NCBI GenBank assembly: GCA_965224485.1
Contig: CBDCZH010000011.1
Span: forward strand, 1 to 27,214
DNA length: 27,214 nucleotides
Reading direction: 5' to 3'
Source: Arcobacteraceae bacterium
Lineage (GTDB): Bacteria; Campylobacterota; Campylobacteria; Campylobacterales; Arcobacteraceae
This document shows, in pieces, positions 23,780 to 27,214 of this stretch. Each line of letters opens with the position of its first letter. Within the stretch, counting starts at the first letter, position 1. The translations under genes were made by a program, and so were the position numbers. The notes under the pieces are model-generated. The model was not told where the DNA came from. It did no database searches and was given only the letters and a program-made list of their open reading frames with translations.

Positions 23780-25981
23780 ATGAAAATTAGTAAAAATAAA
23801 TTTTTATGCTCATGTTTAATGGGTTTAATCTGTATTAATCTTAATGCTATAGAAGAAACTGCAATGATACAAGTAGAATCAACTACAATTGATAATAAAT
23901 ATGAAAATAAAAAAACTGAAGTGTCAAATACTAAGACCTTAAGTGCAAAAGATATTGAAGAAAAACATACTGAAAATATTGGAAATGTATTAAATAACAT
24001 TGCTGGTGTAACAGTTAGAATTAATGAAGGTGATTCTAATAAGATACATATTAGAGGAATTGCTAGTGAAGTTTATATGGGTGAGAAACCAGGAGTTGCT
24101 ATTGTAATTGATGGTGTTCCTGTTCAAGAAAGAGCTGGTAGTATTAATATTGACTCTGATAATATTGAAAGTATTAAAGTAATTAAAGGTTCAGCTTCTT
24201 ATCTTTATGGAAATGATGCACTTGCTGGGGCTGTTGTTATTACAACAAAGAGACCAAAGGGAAAAAACTCTGGAAGCGTTGCTATTGAAAAAGGAAGTTT
24301 TGCTTATACAAAAACTCTAGTAAACTATTTAGGTAGCACAGATGATTTTGCAGTTGAATTACAAGCTAGTAAGAAAAAAAGTGATGGATATTGGGAAGAT
24401 TCTGATTATTGGACAAAGTCATTTAATGGAAAATTCCAATATTATATAAATGATTCTAGTGATATTATTTTTGGTGCTGATAAAACAACACGTTTTGAAA
24501 ATGATTCTGGTTCTATTACTCATACAGTTGGTGGAATTAATCAAGTAAATAACAACCCTACAAGTAAGGGTGAAGTTGGTTATGCAACTAATTATAATAT
24601 CAACCTTGATAAGTATTTTTTAACTTATTCAAATGATTTAAATGAAAACTCAAATTTAATGTTAAATATTTACTCTTATGAAGATACTACAACAAATGAA
24701 AGTGGTGCTTTTGACTCAACAGGTGATAAAAAAAGAGATGATCACAAAAATGATTCTTTTTCAAATACAAAACAAAAAGGTTTTAAATCAGAGTATAGAT
24801 TAAGTTCTGATTCTTATGCTCTAATGTTAGGGTTAGATTTAGCAAAAAATGATGAAGAAAAAAAGAGTATGAATAGAGTTGACTTCACACCTAGTCACGG
24901 TTCTGCATTAGTAAAAGGTAAAGTTACTAGTGATAATTTATCCCAAGAAAAAATAAATGCCTTATATGGTGAGTTTAAGTATAAAGTAACTCCATCTTTT
25001 TTAACATCATTAAATTTAAGAGTTGATAAAATTTCTTATGATTATAATAATAATTTAACTTCAAAAGCTTGGAATAAAGATTTCACAGAACTTTCATATC
25101 GTTTAGGTTCTCTTTATGAATTAAAGAATAATGCAAGCATTTATTCAAATATTTCTACTGGTTTTAGAGTTCCAACCTTAGGTCAAATGTATGCAGGTGA
25201 TATGAAATCTTCTGGTTGGGGTGGAGCATATGTTAATAATACAGATATTAAAACAGAAAAAACTCTAAATCTTGAAATTGGATATAGAGACTCTAATGAT
25301 ATCTTAGCTTATGATGTAGCCTTATATGAACTAACTAGAAAAGATGTAATTGGAAAAAGTAGTGGTAATTATGCTTCCTCATTAAACGGTGTTGATAGTA
25401 AATACGATAATATGGCAGATATAAAAAATAGAGGTTTAGAGTTAAGTATTAATTCTACTAATGATTCAAAATTCTCTTGGGCTATAAATTATACCTTTTT
25501 AGACTCAAAATATACAAAATATGATGAGTTTAATCTAAGTTTAAATGAAGCAGGTGTTGATAGAAATGGTAATCATAGAACTAGTGATAGTTACGTTGCT
25601 GATACATATAACTTAGCTGGAAATAGAGTAGCTAGAACATCAAAACATACAATAGCTTTAGAAACAAGTTATAGAATTTTATCAAACTTAAGTATAAATG
25701 CACAAGTAAATTACAGATCAAGTCAATTTGCTGATGAGTTAAATAGAATTAAAGTAGCTGGTTTTGCTACTCTTAATATTGGAAGTGCTTATAATACAAA
25801 AATAAATAATTTAGATTTAGAGTTTTTTACAAGAGTAGAGAATTTATTTGATAATCAATATTATATGATGCCAAGAGCTACAAATGATAGAAATAAAGAT
25901 GGTGTTTATGATGAAGGTGATATGGGACTTAGTGTAAATCCAGGTAGAGTATTTTATGCTGGTTTAAAACTTAAGTTTTAG
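23780..25981 (+). CDS. TonB-dependent outer-membrane receptor
   Basis: Signal peptide; plug motifs IHIRG, VIDGVP, IESIKVIKGSASYLYGNDALAGAVVITTK; GFRVPT; VENLFDNQY; C-terminal GRVFYAGLKLKF. Confidence 0.95.
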   Translation: MKISKNKFLCSCLMGLICINLNAIEETAMIQVESTTIDNKYENKKTEVSNTKTLSAKDIEEKHTENIGNVLNNIAGVTVRINEGDSNKIHIRGIASEVYMGEKPGVAIVIDGVPVQERAGSINIDSDNIESIKVIKGSASYLYGNDALAGAVVITTKRPKGKNSGSVAIEKGSFAYTKTLVNYLGSTDDFAVELQASKKKSDGYWEDSDYWTKSFNGKFQYYINDSSDIIFGADKTTRFENDSGSITHTVGGINQVNNNPTSKGEVGYATNYNINLDKYFLTYSNDLNENSNLMLNIYSYEDTTTNESGAFDSTGDKKRDDHKNDSFSNTKQKGFKSEYRLSSDSYALMLGLDLAKNDEEKKSMNRVDFTPSHGSALVKGKVTSDNLSQEKINALYGEFKYKVTPSFLTSLNLRVDKISYDYNNNLTSKAWNKDFTELSYRLGSLYELKNNASIYSNISTGFRVPTLGQMYAGDMKSSGWGGAYVNNTDIKTEKTLNLEIGYRDSNDILAYDVALYELTRKDVIGKSSGNYASSLNGVDSKYDNMADIKNRGLELSINSTNDSKFSWAINYTFLDSKYTKYDEFNLSLNEAGVDRNGNHRTSDSYVADTYNLAGNRVARTSKHTIALETSYRILSNLSINAQVNYRSSQFADELNRIKVAGFATLNIGSAYNTKINNLDLEFFTRVENLFDNQYYMMPRATNDRNKDGVYDEGDMGLSVNPGRVFYAGLKLKF

Positions 25982-25990
25982 GACTAACTT

Positions 25991-27214
25991 ATGGTAACAC
26001 ATGTTAATAGAGATAAAAATGATATTTTTTCTATTTTTATCTTAAAAACTATTTTTAAAAATAAACATTTTGTAAAAGCTATCCAATTTATAACCTTGTT
26101 TATATTTATATATGCAATTTATTATGGTTTTGCTCATCCAGGGAAAGAAAACATTTTTACAAAAAATGTTTTCTGGGGATTTTTTTGGTCTTTATTTATG
26201 GTTATAACTTTAGTCTCGTTTGGAAGAATATTTTGTGGTATTTGCCCTCATGGTTTTGTTGGTAAATATATTACAAAATTTGGTTTAAAAAAAGATATGC
26301 CTAAATTCTTAAAAAATAGATATATTGGTATTTTTATACTATTTTTTGGTTGGTGGGCAGTTTATTATACTTTTCCAGGTTTTTTAAAAAATCCATTTAA
26401 TACTGCAGTTTTATTTACAGGCTTAAGTATTGTAGCTGCTGTTTTTTATTATATTTATAAAGATATGAATTATTGTAAATATATTTGTCCTATTGGAAAT
26501 CTAACAAAAGCATATCAGAAAGTATCATTTACTTCTTTGCAAACATATAAAGATGATTGTAAATCCTGTAGAACTTTTGAGTGTAATACTGCTTGTTCTT
26601 ATAATTTAAAACCATTTACTTTTGAGAAAAAGAATTCTATGGATGACTGTACTTTATGTATGGATTGTACTGATGCCTGTGCAAGTGTGAATTTTAAGTT
26701 TACTGCACCTGCTGCTACTTTATATAAAAAAACAAAAGTTCTAAGTTCTGATATTTGGGTATATTTACTTATATTCTCTGCAATTTCAGTTAGTATGAAC
26801 TTTCATCATGGTTTAAGTAGAACAAATATTTCTGATTCTTTGCCTTGGGTTATTTCTGCTAAATATGTGCAGAACTTTTTTCCTCTAACAAATATAGACT
26901 TAATTGGTTTTTTTGCTTTTACTTATGCTTCTTTATTAGTAATATCAGTATCTTTACTAGGAATGTATTTTGCTTCAAAAGTATTAAAGATGGAGTTTAA
27001 ACAAACATTTGCAACTTTAGGATATGCGTATATTCCTTTATTTATTATAAATGGTTTAGGACATTTATTTCACTCCTTTTTTACAAAAACTTATTCAAAT
27101 GTAATAAATGGTTTTATTCAAGGTTTTAATTTAAATCTAATTGAAGTTGAACCCTTAGTAGCTAAAAATGAAGCTTGGTTAAATATCTTTCATATAACTC
27201 CTTATGTGGCAATA
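25991..27214 (+). CDS. Polytopic 4Fe-4S-binding membrane protein (NapH/MauN/FtrD-like polyferredoxin), truncated by the window edge; not in ORF track
   Basis: ATG 9 nt after the receptor stop, open to the end of the window (408 codons). Motifs GRIFCGICPHG, YCKYICPIG, CKSCRTFECNTAC, CTLCMDCTDAC, and many hydrophobic helices. Confidence 0.9.
   Translation, partial: MVTHVNRDKNDIFSIFILKTIFKNKHFVKAIQFITLFIFIYAIYYGFAHPGKENIFTKNVFWGFFWSLFMVITLVSFGRIFCGICPHGFVGKYITKFGLKKDMPKFLKNRYIGIFILFFGWWAVYYTFPGFLKNPFNTAVLFTGLSIVAAVFYYIYKDMNYCKYICPIGNLTKAYQKVSFTSLQTYKDDCKSCRTFECNTACSYNLKPFTFEKKNSMDDCTLCMDCTDACASVNFKFTAPAATLYKKTKVLSSDIWVYLLIFSAISVSMNFHHGLSRTNISDSLPWVISAKYVQNFFPLTNIDLIGFFAFTYASLLVISVSLLGMYFASKVLKMEFKQTFATLGYAYIPLFIINGLGHLFHSFFTKTYSNVINGFIQGFNLNLIEVEPLVAKNEAWLNIFHITPYVAI

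Noticed and set aside
2449..23999. Short ORF-track entries antisense to or out of frame within real genes (e.g. 2449..2697, 3884..4135, 4905..5111, 8315..8533, 9440..9850, 10511..10723, 11318..11536, 12173..12379, 13307..13537, 13850..14104, 14052..14324, 14839..15021, 15635..15853, 16043..16246, 18214..18402, 21076..21258, 21680..21895, 23491..23700, 23761..24000)
   Set aside because: Shadow ORFs. They overlap well-supported genes, have the Phe/Ser/Leu/Ile-rich composition expected from the reverse strand of AT-rich codons, and show no motifs.

Overview
Very AT-rich bacterial chromosomal segment. Gene content and order (tatB-tatC-queA, nadE-DegT family-lpxK, UPF0323 lipoprotein-GSP synthase family, extended -10 promoters) point to Campylobacterota, most likely Arcobacteraceae (inference). 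Most of the window is housekeeping: NSS transporter, DEDDh exonuclease, queA, tatCB, djlA, nadE, lpxK, aroE, pgeF, malic enzyme, purU, trmL, an OmpR-type two-component pair and a GT2 glycosyltransferase. Three things stand out. (1) 1388-5383 is a compact chemosensory-like cassette with no MCP, CheW, CheR or CheB: a membrane Cache-HAMP-PAS-HPt-CheA-type ATPase kinase, then CheY-like, CheX and a second CheY-like gene. The kinase is split inside its HPt domain by one extra A in an A8 run. (2) The DegT-family aminotransferase between nadE and lpxK lacks the PLP Schiff-base lysine. (3) At the right edge, a TonB-dependent receptor with EF-hand-like loops is followed by a polytopic 4Fe-4S membrane protein that is absent from the ORF track because it is truncated. 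No rRNA, tRNA, CRISPR array or mobile element was seen. All family calls are by-eye motif recognition, not database searches.
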